A stretch of DNA of 64,000 bases from Candidatus Krumholzibacteriia bacterium (lineage in GTDB: Bacteria > Krumholzibacteriota > Krumholzibacteriia > Krumholzibacteriales > Krumholzibacteriaceae). The stretch spans positions 1,344,001 to 1,408,000 of the forward strand of contig CAWIIQ010000001.1 in the NCBI GenBank assembly GCA_963836185.1, given 5' to 3'. The position numbers and the translations under genes are program-made. Below, in pieces: positions 50,263 through 61,933 of the stretch. How positions within the stretch are numbered: the stretch's first letter is position 1; each line of letters opens with the position of its first letter. The notes beneath the pieces were generated by a model. That model was not told the DNA's origin and ran no database searches. It was given only the letters and a program-made list of their open reading frames with translations.

Positions 50263-50449
50263 TAATCCGCCTCCGAAGGGGCTGAAGGGCTGTTTACGGA
50301 AAATTTCTACATCAATAGGTAAGACTTTGGAGGCTTTATGTCAAGCCGTCTTGAGGCCGCCGGGGAGTGAAAATGAAAAAAGTCCCCAAAACAGCCAGAA
50401 ATGCCCTGAAACCGCTTGCACGAGCATTGATTTATCACTTTATTTGATG

Positions 50450-50478
50450 TTGACAAGGGAAGCAGGTGCGTCTATGAT
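50450..50478 (+). promoter_or_regulatory. sigma70 promoter of acs
   Basis: TTGACA-17 nt-TATGAT. Confidence 0.7.
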
Positions 50479-50560
50479 GCCCTTTCCAGTTTGTGATTAT
50501 CCGATATTCTGGAAAAGTTAAACCCGTTTTCTTAAACGCTGAACCTACAGGAGGTTACAG

Positions 50561-52525
<1,965 letters not shown>

Positions 52526-52552
52526 GCCTGAGGTCGTCTGTTTCGACATCAG

Positions 52553-52586
52553 AGGGCGGGGGATTAGTTTCTCCCGCCCTTTTTTT
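52553..52586 (+). terminator. Rho-independent terminator
   Basis: AGGGCGGGGGA...TCTCCCGCCCT plus T-run. Confidence 0.8.
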
Positions 52587-52678
52587 CACAGATGTGCTGT
52601 AGTTGACACATCTGGCGATATCGGATAACGTCAGCCGTACAGGTATATTGAAGCGGCTGGATACCCGAGGGGGAAGAT

Positions 52679-54031
52679 TTGCGGATACCCGATTCATTGA
52701 TGGTAAGCGTATCAGGAGTCAGGGGACTGCTCGGTGATGATATGAATCCCGAGGTCGCCGCCCGATTCGCCGCGGCCTATGCCGGTTGGCTCGGAGGGAA
52801 GCGCGTCGTGATCGGAAGGGATTCGCGAGCATCCGGCCCGGCGCTCGCAGGTGCCGCTTCAGCGGCCCTTCGCTTCCTCGGAATCGATGTCGTCGATGTC
52901 GGAATAGCTGCGACTCCGACTGTAGAGCTGATGGTCCGGCACCTCGGATGCGACGGAGGGATCATCATCACCGCAAGCCACAACGGCGAGGCGTGGAACG
53001 CTCTGAAGCTTCTCGACGGTCAGGGTGAATTCATCGATTCGGCAGCGGTGCTTCGCATAAGGGAACTCGTCGAGAGCGACAGCGGGCTTTACACACCCTC
53101 GGAGCGGTACGGTTCTTTCGAGGTATATGACGGGGCCGACCGCGATCATGTGGACAGGATACTTTCTCTCGATATCATCGAGCCGGACACTATCAGAAAA
53201 GCCGGCCTCAGGGCCGTTATCGATTGCGTGAACGGGGCCGGGAGCAGGATAGTCCCGCTCCTTCTCGATGAACTTGGTGTTGAGGTGACGGCTCTTTTCA
53301 CGGATGTCGATGCTCCATTTCCGCACGATCCAGAGCCTCGTCCGGCGAATCTCACAGAGCTCGCCAGGGCTGTAGCCGAGTCGGATGCCGACATCGGGTT
53401 TGCCTGCGATCCGGATGCCGACAGGCTCGTCCTCGTCGACGGTTCGGGAACGGTGCTCAGCGAGGAACTGACACTTTCTCTCGCCGCCGACTTCGTGCTC
53501 GGGACCGAGAAGGGACCTGTCGTCGTCAATCTCTCTACGACGAGGCGCATCGACGATGTCGCGGCGAAGCACGGGGTGCAGGCTTTCCGCTCGAAGGTCG
53601 GCGAGGCGAACGTGATAGAGGTGATGAAAGAGAAAGGCGCCGTGATAGGCGGAGAAGGTAACGGAGGGGTCATCTACCCGAGGGTCCATCGCGGAAGGGA
53701 TGCGATGACGGGGATCGCGCTGGTGCTTCAGCACGTCGCATCATCGGGGAACAACGTCGGCGAGCTCGCTGCAGATCTTCCCGGCTACAGCGTAGTCAAG
53801 GAGAAGATCTCATTCGCGGGATCGTTCGAGGGACTTTCCTCGAGGCTCAGAGATATATTCAAAGGGAATTATAACGACCTCGATGGTATAAGAATTGATA
53901 TGGACAATGGCTGGGTACATGTCAGAAGGTCCAACACAGAGCCCGTAGTGCGTATAATCGCAGAGGCTGAAACGCCGGAACTTGCCGAAGAGCTTGTCTC
54001 GAGGGCATCTGAGGCGGCAGCTTCGCTATGA
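52679..54031 (+). CDS. glmM: Phosphoglucosamine mutase / phosphohexomutase
   Basis: SVSGVRG, ITASHN, DPDADR, GGEGNGG, RRSNTEP; directly upstream of glmS. Confidence 0.8.
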   Translation: MRIPDSLMVSVSGVRGLLGDDMNPEVAARFAAAYAGWLGGKRVVIGRDSRASGPALAGAASAALRFLGIDVVDVGIAATPTVELMVRHLGCDGGIIITASHNGEAWNALKLLDGQGEFIDSAAVLRIRELVESDSGLYTPSERYGSFEVYDGADRDHVDRILSLDIIEPDTIRKAGLRAVIDCVNGAGSRIVPLLLDELGVEVTALFTDVDAPFPHDPEPRPANLTELARAVAESDADIGFACDPDADRLVLVDGSGTVLSEELTLSLAADFVLGTEKGPVVVNLSTTRRIDDVAAKHGVQAFRSKVGEANVIEVMKEKGAVIGGEGNGGVIYPRVHRGRDAMTGIALVLQHVASSGNNVGELAADLPGYSVVKEKISFAGSFEGLSSRLRDIFKGNYNDLDGIRIDMDNGWVHVRRSNTEPVVRIIAEAETPELAEELVSRASEAAASL

Positions 54032-54152
54032 GCGGATAAATGAAGTTAATAAGGAGCCGGTCGAAAACCGGTGTGAAAATACCCACGGTGGATAACAGGA
54101 CGCCGTATTTTTACCCTGCGGGCATCGACCCGCTGGATCAGGGGAGCTTGAA

Positions 54153-55985
54153 ATGTGCGGAATAGTCGGATATATCGGCAGAAGCAATAATGTGGGGGAT
54201 ATCCTGCTAGAGGGATTAAAGAGACTCGAATACAGGGGGTACGATTCGGCCGGGATCGCCATCGTCCGCGATGGAGCCCTGTTTACCGACAAGATGCCCG
54301 GTAAGATAAAGGAACTCGAGGAGGTACTGAAGGACAAGGATCTCTCGGGGAACCTTGGTATAGCACATACCAGGTGGGCGACTCATGGCGAACCTAACAG
54401 GATCAACGCACATCCTCATTACTCGGCCGACGGTAAGATCGCTCTCGTCCATAACGGGATCATCGAAAACTATCAGACACTGAAGAAGTCACTGCAGGCA
54501 GAGGGACGGGAGTTTGTCTCGGAAACCGATACAGAGGTGCTCGCTCACCTGATCGAGCGCTTCTACGATGGCGATGACCTCGAGTTCGCAGTCCAGAGAG
54601 CGCTTGAGGTAGTAGAGGGGACATACGGGATACTTGTCATATCAGCCTCCGAGCCGAATAAGATAGTTGCGGCAAGGAACGGTTCTCCCGTCGTGTTCGG
54701 GGTAGGTGACGACGAATACATAATCGCCAGTGATGTCGCAGCGCTTCTGAAGCATACACGCCAGGTGATCTATCTCGAGGACCAGCAGATGGTCGTTGCA
54801 ACGCCGAAACATTTTACGACGATGACGGTCCAGAACGAGTATGTCGAGCATCAGATCCAGGAGGTAGACTGGGACCTCGAGCAGATAGAGAAGGGCGGGT
54901 TCGATCACTTCATGCTGAAGGAGATCTTCGAGCAGCCTGAGACTATCCGCAACGCGATGAGGGGAAGACTGATCGCCGAGACGGGACACGCCAAGCTCGG
55001 CGGCCTCAACATGTCGGAGGAAGAACTGCGCGAAGTGAAGCGCATGGTCATCCTCGGCTGCGGGACGAGCTGGCACGCCGGCCTTCTCGGTGAGTACATG
55101 ATTGAGGAGAAGGTACGCATCCCCGTTGAGGTCGAGTACGCGAGTGAGTTCCGTTACCGCAATCCCGTTCTCGAGGATGGGACACTGGTTTTCGCGATAA
55201 GCCAGTCGGGTGAGACGGTCGATACGCTCGCCGCGCTTCGTGAGGCGAAGAACCGCGGTTCTCACTGCATGGGTATAGTCAATGTCGTCGGCAGCACGAT
55301 CGCCCGTGAATCGAACGCCGGAGTTTACATCCACGCCGGTCCGGAGATCGGTGTCGCGTCGACGAAGGCTTTTACGTCGCAGATCTCGGTCCTGGCGCTG
55401 CTCGCCCTGATGTTCGGGCGGCAGAGGAACCTCTCCCAGTCCGAAGGGCTGGATATGATAGCGGCCATGCATGCTCTGCCGGACCAGGTGTCGCAGATCC
55501 TCGAGGCGAACGACAAGATAAAGGACATATCGGAGAAGTATCACATGCACGATAATTTCCTGTACCTCGGACGCGGGCCGAACTACCCCGTCGCGCTCGA
55601 GGGGGCCCTTAAACTCAAGGAGATATCGTACGTGCACGCTGAAGGCTACCCCGCCGCCGAAATGAAGCACGGCCCGATCGCGCTTATAGACGAGAACATG
55701 CCAGTAGTGATCATCTGTCCGCGTGATGCCGCCTATCAAAAGATCGTCGGCAACATCAACGAGGTAAAAGCAAGGCACGGCAAGGTGATCGCGATCACGA
55801 CCGAGGGGAACGACGAGATCATCAAGATGGCCGACCATGTGATATTCATCCCGAAGACTCTCGATTTCCTCTATCCGATCCTCACTGTCATCCCGCTTCA
55901 GTTGATGGCATACCATATCGCGGTGCTGCGGGGCTGTCACGTCGATCAGCCGCGCAATCTCGCGAAGAGTGTTACAGTGGAATAG
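54153..55985 (+). CDS. glmS: Glutamine--fructose-6-phosphate aminotransferase
   Basis: MCGIVG, LEYRGYDSAG, HTRWATHG, SQSGET, VASTKAF, PRNLAKSVTVE. Confidence 0.97.
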   Translation: MCGIVGYIGRSNNVGDILLEGLKRLEYRGYDSAGIAIVRDGALFTDKMPGKIKELEEVLKDKDLSGNLGIAHTRWATHGEPNRINAHPHYSADGKIALVHNGIIENYQTLKKSLQAEGREFVSETDTEVLAHLIERFYDGDDLEFAVQRALEVVEGTYGILVISASEPNKIVAARNGSPVVFGVGDDEYIIASDVAALLKHTRQVIYLEDQQMVVATPKHFTTMTVQNEYVEHQIQEVDWDLEQIEKGGFDHFMLKEIFEQPETIRNAMRGRLIAETGHAKLGGLNMSEEELREVKRMVILGCGTSWHAGLLGEYMIEEKVRIPVEVEYASEFRYRNPVLEDGTLVFAISQSGETVDTLAALREAKNRGSHCMGIVNVVGSTIARESNAGVYIHAGPEIGVASTKAFTSQISVLALLALMFGRQRNLSQSEGLDMIAAMHALPDQVSQILEANDKIKDISEKYHMHDNFLYLGRGPNYPVALEGALKLKEISYVHAEGYPAAEMKHGPIALIDENMPVVIICPRDAAYQKIVGNINEVKARHGKVIAITTEGNDEIIKMADHVIFIPKTLDFLYPILTVIPLQLMAYHIAVLRGCHVDQPRNLAKSVTVE

Positions 55986-56000
55986 AAGGGAGCTGATCCG

Positions 56001-56378
56001 ATGAAGCGGATCATCAGTACTGACAAAGCTCCTGCCGCCGTAGGCCCGTACAGCCAGGCGGTCAGGGCGGGCGACATACTCTTTATCTCGGGGCAGATCC
56101 CGATCGATCCAGCAACCGGCAAAATGGTCGAAGGACTCGAAGCGCAGGTCACGCAGGTCCTGGAGAACATCAAGGCGATAGTCGAGGAGGCCGGCGGGAG
56201 CATGGGCTCGATTGTAAAAGCGACAGTCCTTCTCAAGTCGATGGACGATTTCAAGGTTATGAACGGGATCTACGCTGGATATTTCGAGTCGGATCCTCCG
56301 GCCAGAGCGGCCTTCGAGGTCGGCGCTCTGCCGCTGGGAGCCATGGTCGAGATCGAGGCGATCGCCCTGCTCGATTGA
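56001..56378 (+). CDS. ridA: RidA/YjgF reactive intermediate deaminase
   Basis: APAAVGPYSQA, ISGQIP, PPAR, LPLGAMVEIE. Confidence 0.9.
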   Translation: MKRIISTDKAPAAVGPYSQAVRAGDILFISGQIPIDPATGKMVEGLEAQVTQVLENIKAIVEEAGGSMGSIVKATVLLKSMDDFKVMNGIYAGYFESDPPARAAFEVGALPLGAMVEIEAIALLD

Positions 56379-56421
56379 GCTTCTTTACATTGCTCCGGTT
56401 TTTAACTATCGTTTGACGGGC

Positions 56422-56519
56422 GGGAATGGATGGGTTCTGGTGGGCCCCGAGGACTTCAAATCCTTATGCCGGGTGCTAAAACCATCCGGGGTGGGTTCGA
56501 TTCCCACACGTTCCCGCCA
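56422..56519 (+). tRNA. selC: tRNA-Sec (UCA)
   Basis: 8-nt acceptor GGGAATGG/ACGTTCCC, 6-bp D-stem with TGGT loop, anticodon loop CTTCAAA, long variable arm CCGGGTG/CATCCGG, T-arm GTGGG-TTCGATT-CCCAC, GCCA end. Confidence 0.95.
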
Positions 56520-56546
56520 TATTTCTGGTGCAACGGGGAGAACCGG

Positions 56547-57164
56547 TTGAGTCTTCGAAAACTTATAGTCCCGCTCGCTGTCCTGGCCGTGCTGGCCTCC
56601 GGGCAGGTGTGTGTTGCCGGGGAACCCATTCAGACAGACACTACATCCGTAGTAAACCCGGCAGAGCAGGACTGGTCGTCCGACCATATCAAGGAACTCC
56701 TCGCGCAGGAGACGGGCGAGCCGGATATAGAGGGCTCGACATGGAAGAGGAAGAAGAATCCGAGAACTGCGATGTTGTGCGCTCTAGCCTTCCCGGGACT
56801 GGGTCAGATATATAACGAGAGGCCGTTCAAGGCAGTCATCGCCCTCGGGTTGGAGACGTACTATATAATGAATATCGTTCACAACTACAGGATGGCGGAC
56901 GACTACCTCAAGGAGAGAGACAGTTACGACCAGTATGTTCCCTGCGGTGACACGCAGTGCCTCAATTATGACTGGAAAAACGCCAACGCCTGGTACGAGG
57001 AATACAAGGAGAAGACGATCGACTGGGTGTGGTGGACATCAGCTGTGATCCTCCTTGTAATGCTAGACGCATATGTCGACGCTCATCTGCATGATATGCG
57101 CTTCCGGGTCGAGACCGCCCGCACCGGAGGAGGGACAGGACTCGCCGTAGTAGTTGATTTCTAG
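56547..57164 (+). CDS. DUF5683-like protein
   Basis: KNPRTAMLCALAFPGLGQIYN..LDAYVDAHL; TTG start after GGGGAG; the ORF-track start overlaps selC. Confidence 0.7.
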   Translation: MSLRKLIVPLAVLAVLASGQVCVAGEPIQTDTTSVVNPAEQDWSSDHIKELLAQETGEPDIEGSTWKRKKNPRTAMLCALAFPGLGQIYNERPFKAVIALGLETYYIMNIVHNYRMADDYLKERDSYDQYVPCGDTQCLNYDWKNANAWYEEYKEKTIDWVWWTSAVILLVMLDAYVDAHLHDMRFRVETARTGGGTGLAVVVDF

Positions 57165-57245
57165 ATATGGATGATGCATTATGTCCCGTGGCCCGCGATG
57201 GGCCCGGATCGTATATAACCAGGGAATGACCTACCGGAGGACCGG

Positions 57246-57875
57246 ATGTCAGAGAAGAACAATGGCAAAGCAAAGAAGAAGGAAGCTCAGCCTAAATCGA
57301 AGTTTCGTGAGTATGTCGAGATAGTCGTCACCGCGGTCGTTCTGGCGCTCATAGTCCGGGCGCTTATTGTACAGAGCTACCATATTCCGTCCGAGTCGAT
57401 GGAAGATACGCTCCTGAAAGGTGATTTCCTGTTTGCCTCAAAGTTCATATACGGAGCCAAAGTCCCGATGACTGACTACAGGCTTCCCGCTTTCACCGAT
57501 CCGAAACAGGGCGACATCATCATTTTCAAGTATCCCAGGGATGGAAAGACCGACTACATCAAGCGGTGCGTCGCTGTCGAGGGACAGACCGTTGAGGTCC
57601 GGGGCAAGGTCCTGAAGATCGATGGCGTGGTAATGGACGAAAGCTATATCAAGCACATCCGGGGCGGCAGGGTGCTGAGTAACTACGGGCCAAGGACCGT
57701 TCCTAAGGGGCATCTCTTTGTTATGGGGGATAACAGGGATAACAGCTCCGACTCGCGGGAATGGGGCATGCTTGACAGAAAATATGTCATGGGAAAGGCA
57801 CTCTTCATATATTTCTCGGTCCAGAAGAAATGGCCATGGGTGCGGGTCACGAGGATCGGCGATATAATCAGGTGA
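57246..57875 (+). CDS. lepB: Signal peptidase I
   Basis: IPSESMEDTL, YIKRC, MGDNRDNSSDSR. Confidence 0.95.
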   Translation: MSEKNNGKAKKKEAQPKSKFREYVEIVVTAVVLALIVRALIVQSYHIPSESMEDTLLKGDFLFASKFIYGAKVPMTDYRLPAFTDPKQGDIIIFKYPRDGKTDYIKRCVAVEGQTVEVRGKVLKIDGVVMDESYIKHIRGGRVLSNYGPRTVPKGHLFVMGDNRDNSSDSREWGMLDRKYVMGKALFIYFSVQKKWPWVRVTRIGDIIR

Positions 57876-58040
57876 TCAACGGCCTCCACGGGCAATCCTG
57901 ACAATAATCAAGAGTTATTACTGACCGGGGCATCATATTTGCAACTTTCACTGTCGAAGGTTGCGGAACGCCCGGACAATCCATTTCAGGGACGTACCTG
58001 GAGGGTAGCGAAATGCATGAATATCAAGTGTTTAGCATCC

Positions 58041-58069
58041 TTGACAATAAGGTGGCCAGGCCCTAGATT
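58041..58069 (+). promoter_or_regulatory. sigma70 promoter of the hrcA operon
   Basis: TTGACA-17 nt-TAGATT; IHF-like TATCAAGTGTTTA at 58022-58034. Confidence 0.65.
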
Positions 58070-58080
58070 AGTGCAAATGG

Positions 58081-58107
58081 TTAGCAGTCCTGCATGGAGA
58101 GTGCCAG
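58081..58107 (+). promoter_or_regulatory. CIRCE element (HrcA operator)
   Basis: TTAGCAGTC-N9-GAGTGCCAG versus consensus TTAGCACTC-N9-GAGTGCTAA, immediately before the hrcA ATG. Confidence 0.85.
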
Positions 58108-58109
58108 AA

Positions 58110-59132
58110 ATGACGGCCGCAAATGACGTAAGTACAGTAGAATCAGGGATATTGCGCAGCGTTGTGGATCTCTACATCGAGACGGGGAAGCCGGTCAGCT
58201 CGAAGATGCTGAAGAAAAGATACCGACTTCAGTCCAGCTCGGCAAATATCCGTGCGATATTGCACCGCCTGGAGTCCCGCGGTCTTCTTTACAAGCCTCA
58301 TGTTTCAGCGGGCCGCGTGCCGAGCGACTCGGGGTACCGCCTCTATGTCGATGAGATCGGAAGGATCGGCCGGCCGGAGAGGCGCGTGATCGATCAGCTC
58401 AAGTCGAGGATGGGGCGCGAACGCGGAGATATCCGGGAGGTGATGACGACCACGTCGAGGCTGATCAGCGAACTGACCAGCTGCGTTGGCCTGATGGTCG
58501 GGGTCTTCGGTCCCGGAGGCAGGGTCGGAAGGCTCGAGATGATACAGCGCGAAGGGAGCCGGGCGCTCGTCATACTGCGTACCGAGGATGGCAGGGAGAG
58601 GATGGCCGAGGTCGAGATGGACCGCAGGTACATGCCGCGGATCGTCGACCGGGGCATCCAGATAATAAACGAGAGAATAACAGGCTGCCCACTCGATGAG
58701 GCAGCAGCCCGCCTCGCCGGATGCGCGAGGGAACTCACAGGCGCTGACAGGGAGATAGCCGGAGTCGTGGCCGGAGAATCGGATTACCTCTTTGGGGGTA
58801 CGTACGACCTGGAGTATTATCTGAGAAGGACACAAAGCACGGAAGAAATACCGGAGATGCAGGATCCGCGCATACTGCGCTCGCTCGTCACTCTCATGGG
58901 AGAGAAGAGCCTGATGCTGCGGGTGATGAAGAACCGCTTCGGACGCGGTGTGATAGTGACGATCGGGGAAGAGAATGAGATCGAGGAATTGAAAGACTTC
59001 TCGGTCGTGACGAGAGCCATTCCAGCCGGAAGATGCGAGGGGCTGCTCGGAGTGCTGGGGCCGACGAGGATGAGTTACAGATCAGTCATGGCTCTGCTCG
59101 ACGGGATGGCCCGGGAACTGATAGAGCTTTGA
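58110..59132 (+). CDS. hrcA: Heat-inducible transcription repressor
   Basis: YIETGKPVSS, SSANIR, PHVSAGRVPSDSGYRLYVD, IGEEN, GVLGPTRMSY. Confidence 0.92.
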   Translation: MTAANDVSTVESGILRSVVDLYIETGKPVSSKMLKKRYRLQSSSANIRAILHRLESRGLLYKPHVSAGRVPSDSGYRLYVDEIGRIGRPERRVIDQLKSRMGRERGDIREVMTTTSRLISELTSCVGLMVGVFGPGGRVGRLEMIQREGSRALVILRTEDGRERMAEVEMDRRYMPRIVDRGIQIINERITGCPLDEAAARLAGCARELTGADREIAGVVAGESDYLFGGTYDLEYYLRRTQSTEEIPEMQDPRILRSLVTLMGEKSLMLRVMKNRFGRGVIVTIGEENEIEELKDFSVVTRAIPAGRCEGLLGVLGPTRMSYRSVMALLDGMARELIEL

Positions 59133-59196
59133 CCGATAAGAAGAGAAAGATTAAATCGCAAGAGGGGATAGAATTGAACAACGGAAGGAATATCCC

Positions 59197-60012
59197 TTGA
59201 CCAGCGAAGGCGAAAAGACCGGAAATCCTGAATCCACCCGAGAGGTGGATCTGGAATCCACCCGAGAGGCGGATCTGAAATCCACCCACAAGGTTGAGAT
59301 AAAGGACGCTGTGGACCCCGATGATATCGAGATCCTGCACGACGACGTCTATGATGTGGCGGAGGAGGAGGCAGGAGCGGCGGAGTCTGCGGGCAAGGTT
59401 GTTCCGGAATGGCTGAAGAAGCTGGATGCCGGACAGGGGGCAGATCCGGAGAAGAAACAGGAAAGTAATGCTGCTGGCAAGAAAACGCACAAAAAGACGA
59501 CAAAGGCCGATATGCTCGAACATCTCTCCCGGAAGAACGAGATGCTTCAGAAGCTCCGTGAGAGGCTTGTTGAGACGGAAAAAGTTGTTGAAATAAAAGA
59601 AGATAGGTTGATGCGACTGGCGGCGGAGTTCGAAAACTACAAGAAGAGGACCAGTCGGGAATGGGATTTGCTTAAAAATCAGGCGAATGCCGGACTTCTG
59701 ACGGAAGTCCTCAGCGTTCTTGACGACCTTGACAGGGCGTTTGAGCATTCAGGGGATTCGATAGAACATTTCAGGGATGGTATCGCGCTTATACATTCAT
59801 CCCTTATCGATATGCTCAAGCGTAACGGGCTCAGGGAGATCGAGTCGGCAGGCAAGCCGTTCGATCCCCAGTTTCATGAGGCGGTAGCCGAAGTGAACAG
59901 CGAAAATATCGAGCCGGGGTTCGTCGCTGAAGTGATTACTAAAGGATACCTGTTGAATGACCAGGTGATCAGGCCGGCCAAAGTCGTTGTCTCGAAGGGC
60001 AGCGGTGAATAG
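59197..60012 (+). CDS. grpE: Nucleotide exchange factor GrpE with a long N-terminal extension
   Basis: RLAAEFENYKKR, FDPQFHEA, GYLLNDQVIRPAKVVV. Confidence 0.93.
   Translation: MTSEGEKTGNPESTREVDLESTREADLKSTHKVEIKDAVDPDDIEILHDDVYDVAEEEAGAAESAGKVVPEWLKKLDAGQGADPEKKQESNAAGKKTHKKTTKADMLEHLSRKNEMLQKLRERLVETEKVVEIKEDRLMRLAAEFENYKKRTSREWDLLKNQANAGLLTEVLSVLDDLDRAFEHSGDSIEHFRDGIALIHSSLIDMLKRNGLREIESAGKPFDPQFHEAVAEVNSENIEPGFVAEVITKGYLLNDQVIRPAKVVVSKGSGE
59230..59301 (+). repeat. 3 x 24-nt tandem repeat in the grpE 5' coding region
   Basis: GAATCCACCCGAGAGGTGGATCTG / GAATCCACCCGAGAGGCGGATCTG / AAATCCACCCACAAGGTTGAGATA. Confidence 0.8.
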
Positions 60013-60044
60013 GAACCTGACACCACCGGAAAGAGGACAAAAAC

Positions 60045-61877
60045 ATGGGTAAGGTAATTGGCATCGATCTCGGAACGACAAACTCGTGCGTCGCTGTAAT
60101 CGAGGGAAACGAGCCGGTGATCATTCCTAACACAGAGGGTGGAAGGACCACGCCATCGGTCATCGCTCTGGCGAAGAACAACGAGAGACTCGTCGGACAG
60201 CTGGCGAAACGGCAGCAGGTGACCAATCCCGACAATACGATATACAGCATCAAGCGTTTCATCGGCCGAAGGTTCTCAGAGGCAGAGGAAGAGATAAATC
60301 AGGTGTCCTACTCGATAAAAAGCGGCAAAAGCGACGAGATACTCGTCGAGCTGAAGGACCGCAGTTATCGTACTCAGGAGATATCGGCGATGATGCTCAG
60401 GGCGATCAAGACATTCGCCGAGGAATATCTCGGTGAAGAGATCACGGAAGCTGTCATCACTGTTCCGGCCTATTTCAACGACGGCCAGCGTCAGGCGACG
60501 AAGGACGCGGGCAAGATCGCGGGGCTCGAAGTGAAGAGGATCGTAAATGAGCCTACGGCGGCCGCTCTGGCCTACGGGCTCGACAAGGAAAAGAAGGGCA
60601 AGATCGCCATATACGATCTCGGCGGGGGCACATTCGACATCTCGATCCTCGAGCTGAGCGAGGGCGTGTACCAGGTCAAGTCGACCAATGGCGATACGAT
60701 GCTCGGCGGCGACGACCTGGACAGGGTCATCGTCGACTTCATCGTGGCCAACTTCAAGGAGACCGACGGAGTGGACCTGGCCGAAGACAAGATGGCGATG
60801 CAGAGGATCAGGGAAGCGGCGGAGAAGGCGAAGTGCGAGCTCAGCTCCGTCCACGAGACGAATATCAACCTTCCCTTTGTCTGTGCCGATGAGGCGGGCC
60901 CGAAACATCTCGATATGGTCCTTACGCGGGCAGAGATGGAGAAGCTGATACATCCCCTCGTGCAGAGGACCCTCGAACCCTGCAAGCAGGCCCTCGAGGA
61001 TGCTCAGCTGAAGGTGGATGATATCGATGAAGTCATCCTGGTCGGAGGCTCGACGAGGATCCCCGCCGTGAAAAAGTTCGTGAAGGACTTCTTCCGCAAG
61101 GATCCCCACAAGGGCGTAAATCCCGACGAGGTAGTCTCGATGGGCGCCGCCATACAGGGCGGAGTCCTCTCAGGCGACGTAGATGAGATACTGCTGCTCG
61201 ATGTCACTCCGCTCAGTCTCGGGATCGAGACTCTCGGCGGGATGATGACGACTCTGATATACCGTAATACGACGATACCGTGCAAACAGGGCCAGGTATT
61301 CTCCACCGCTACAGACAACCAGCCCGCCGTGAGCATTCACGTTCTCCAGGGAGAGCGCGAGATGGCCGCAGACAACAGGACTCTGGCGAGGTTCGACCTG
61401 GTCGGTCTTCCTCCCGCTCCGCGCGGGGTCGTCCAGATCGAGGTCACATTTGACATCGACGCTGACGGCATCATGCATGTTTCGGCCAAGGACCTCGGCA
61501 CGGGTAAGGAGCAGAAGATCCAGATCAAGGTTGCGAGCGGCCTCTCTGAGGATGACGTCGAGATGATGGTAAAGGATGCCGAGGAGCACGCTATGGAGGA
61601 CGAGCAGAAGAGAAGGGTCGCCAGGGTCCGCAACGAGGCGGAGATCCTTATCTACTCGACCGAGAAGACTCTGGAGGAGCATCTCGACATGATCCCCGAG
61701 GACGACAGGGTCGTCATCGAGGGATCGCTTCACGATCTCAAGGAGCTTGTCAGGAGCGAGGACAGCGAACCCGAGGATATCCGCAGATCGGCGGAGAATC
61801 TCTCAACAGCTGTATACAAGATCGCGGAGCTGATGTATCATCACGCGAGCACCGACGACGAGACGATCGGTAGCTGA
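60045..61877 (+). CDS. dnaK: Chaperone DnaK
   Basis: [34 protein letters not shown]. Confidence 0.97.
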   Translation: MGKVIGIDLGTTNSCVAVIEGNEPVIIPNTEGGRTTPSVIALAKNNERLVGQLAKRQQVTNPDNTIYSIKRFIGRRFSEAEEEINQVSYSIKSGKSDEILVELKDRSYRTQEISAMMLRAIKTFAEEYLGEEITEAVITVPAYFNDGQRQATKDAGKIAGLEVKRIVNEPTAAALAYGLDKEKKGKIAIYDLGGGTFDISILELSEGVYQVKSTNGDTMLGGDDLDRVIVDFIVANFKETDGVDLAEDKMAMQRIREAAEKAKCELSSVHETNINLPFVCADEAGPKHLDMVLTRAEMEKLIHPLVQRTLEPCKQALEDAQLKVDDIDEVILVGGSTRIPAVKKFVKDFFRKDPHKGVNPDEVVSMGAAIQGGVLSGDVDEILLLDVTPLSLGIETLGGMMTTLIYRNTTIPCKQGQVFSTATDNQPAVSIHVLQGEREMAADNRTLARFDLVGLPPAPRGVVQIEVTFDIDADGIMHVSAKDLGTGKEQKIQIKVASGLSEDDVEMMVKDAEEHAMEDEQKRRVARVRNEAEILIYSTEKTLEEHLDMIPEDDRVVIEGSLHDLKELVRSEDSEPEDIRRSAENLSTAVYKIAELMYHHASTDDETIGS

Positions 61878-61933
61878 AAAAATCTGATATCTCAATAACC
61901 GGCGTATAGATATTTCAAGCGACCGGATGGGGC

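Noticed and set aside
48637-50265. Long antisense ORFs (this 542-aa one, also 45232-46560, 54642-55940, 29492-30589)
   Set aside because: Typical stop-poor antisense frames of GC-rich genes; the opposite strand carries the recognisable protein
54032-54152. Canonical glmS ribozyme
   Set aside because: The conserved AGCGCC...GACGAGG core is not present
56430-56546. N-terminal extension of the DUF5683-like ORF
   Set aside because: Overlaps tRNA-Sec; a better start with an SD is at 56547
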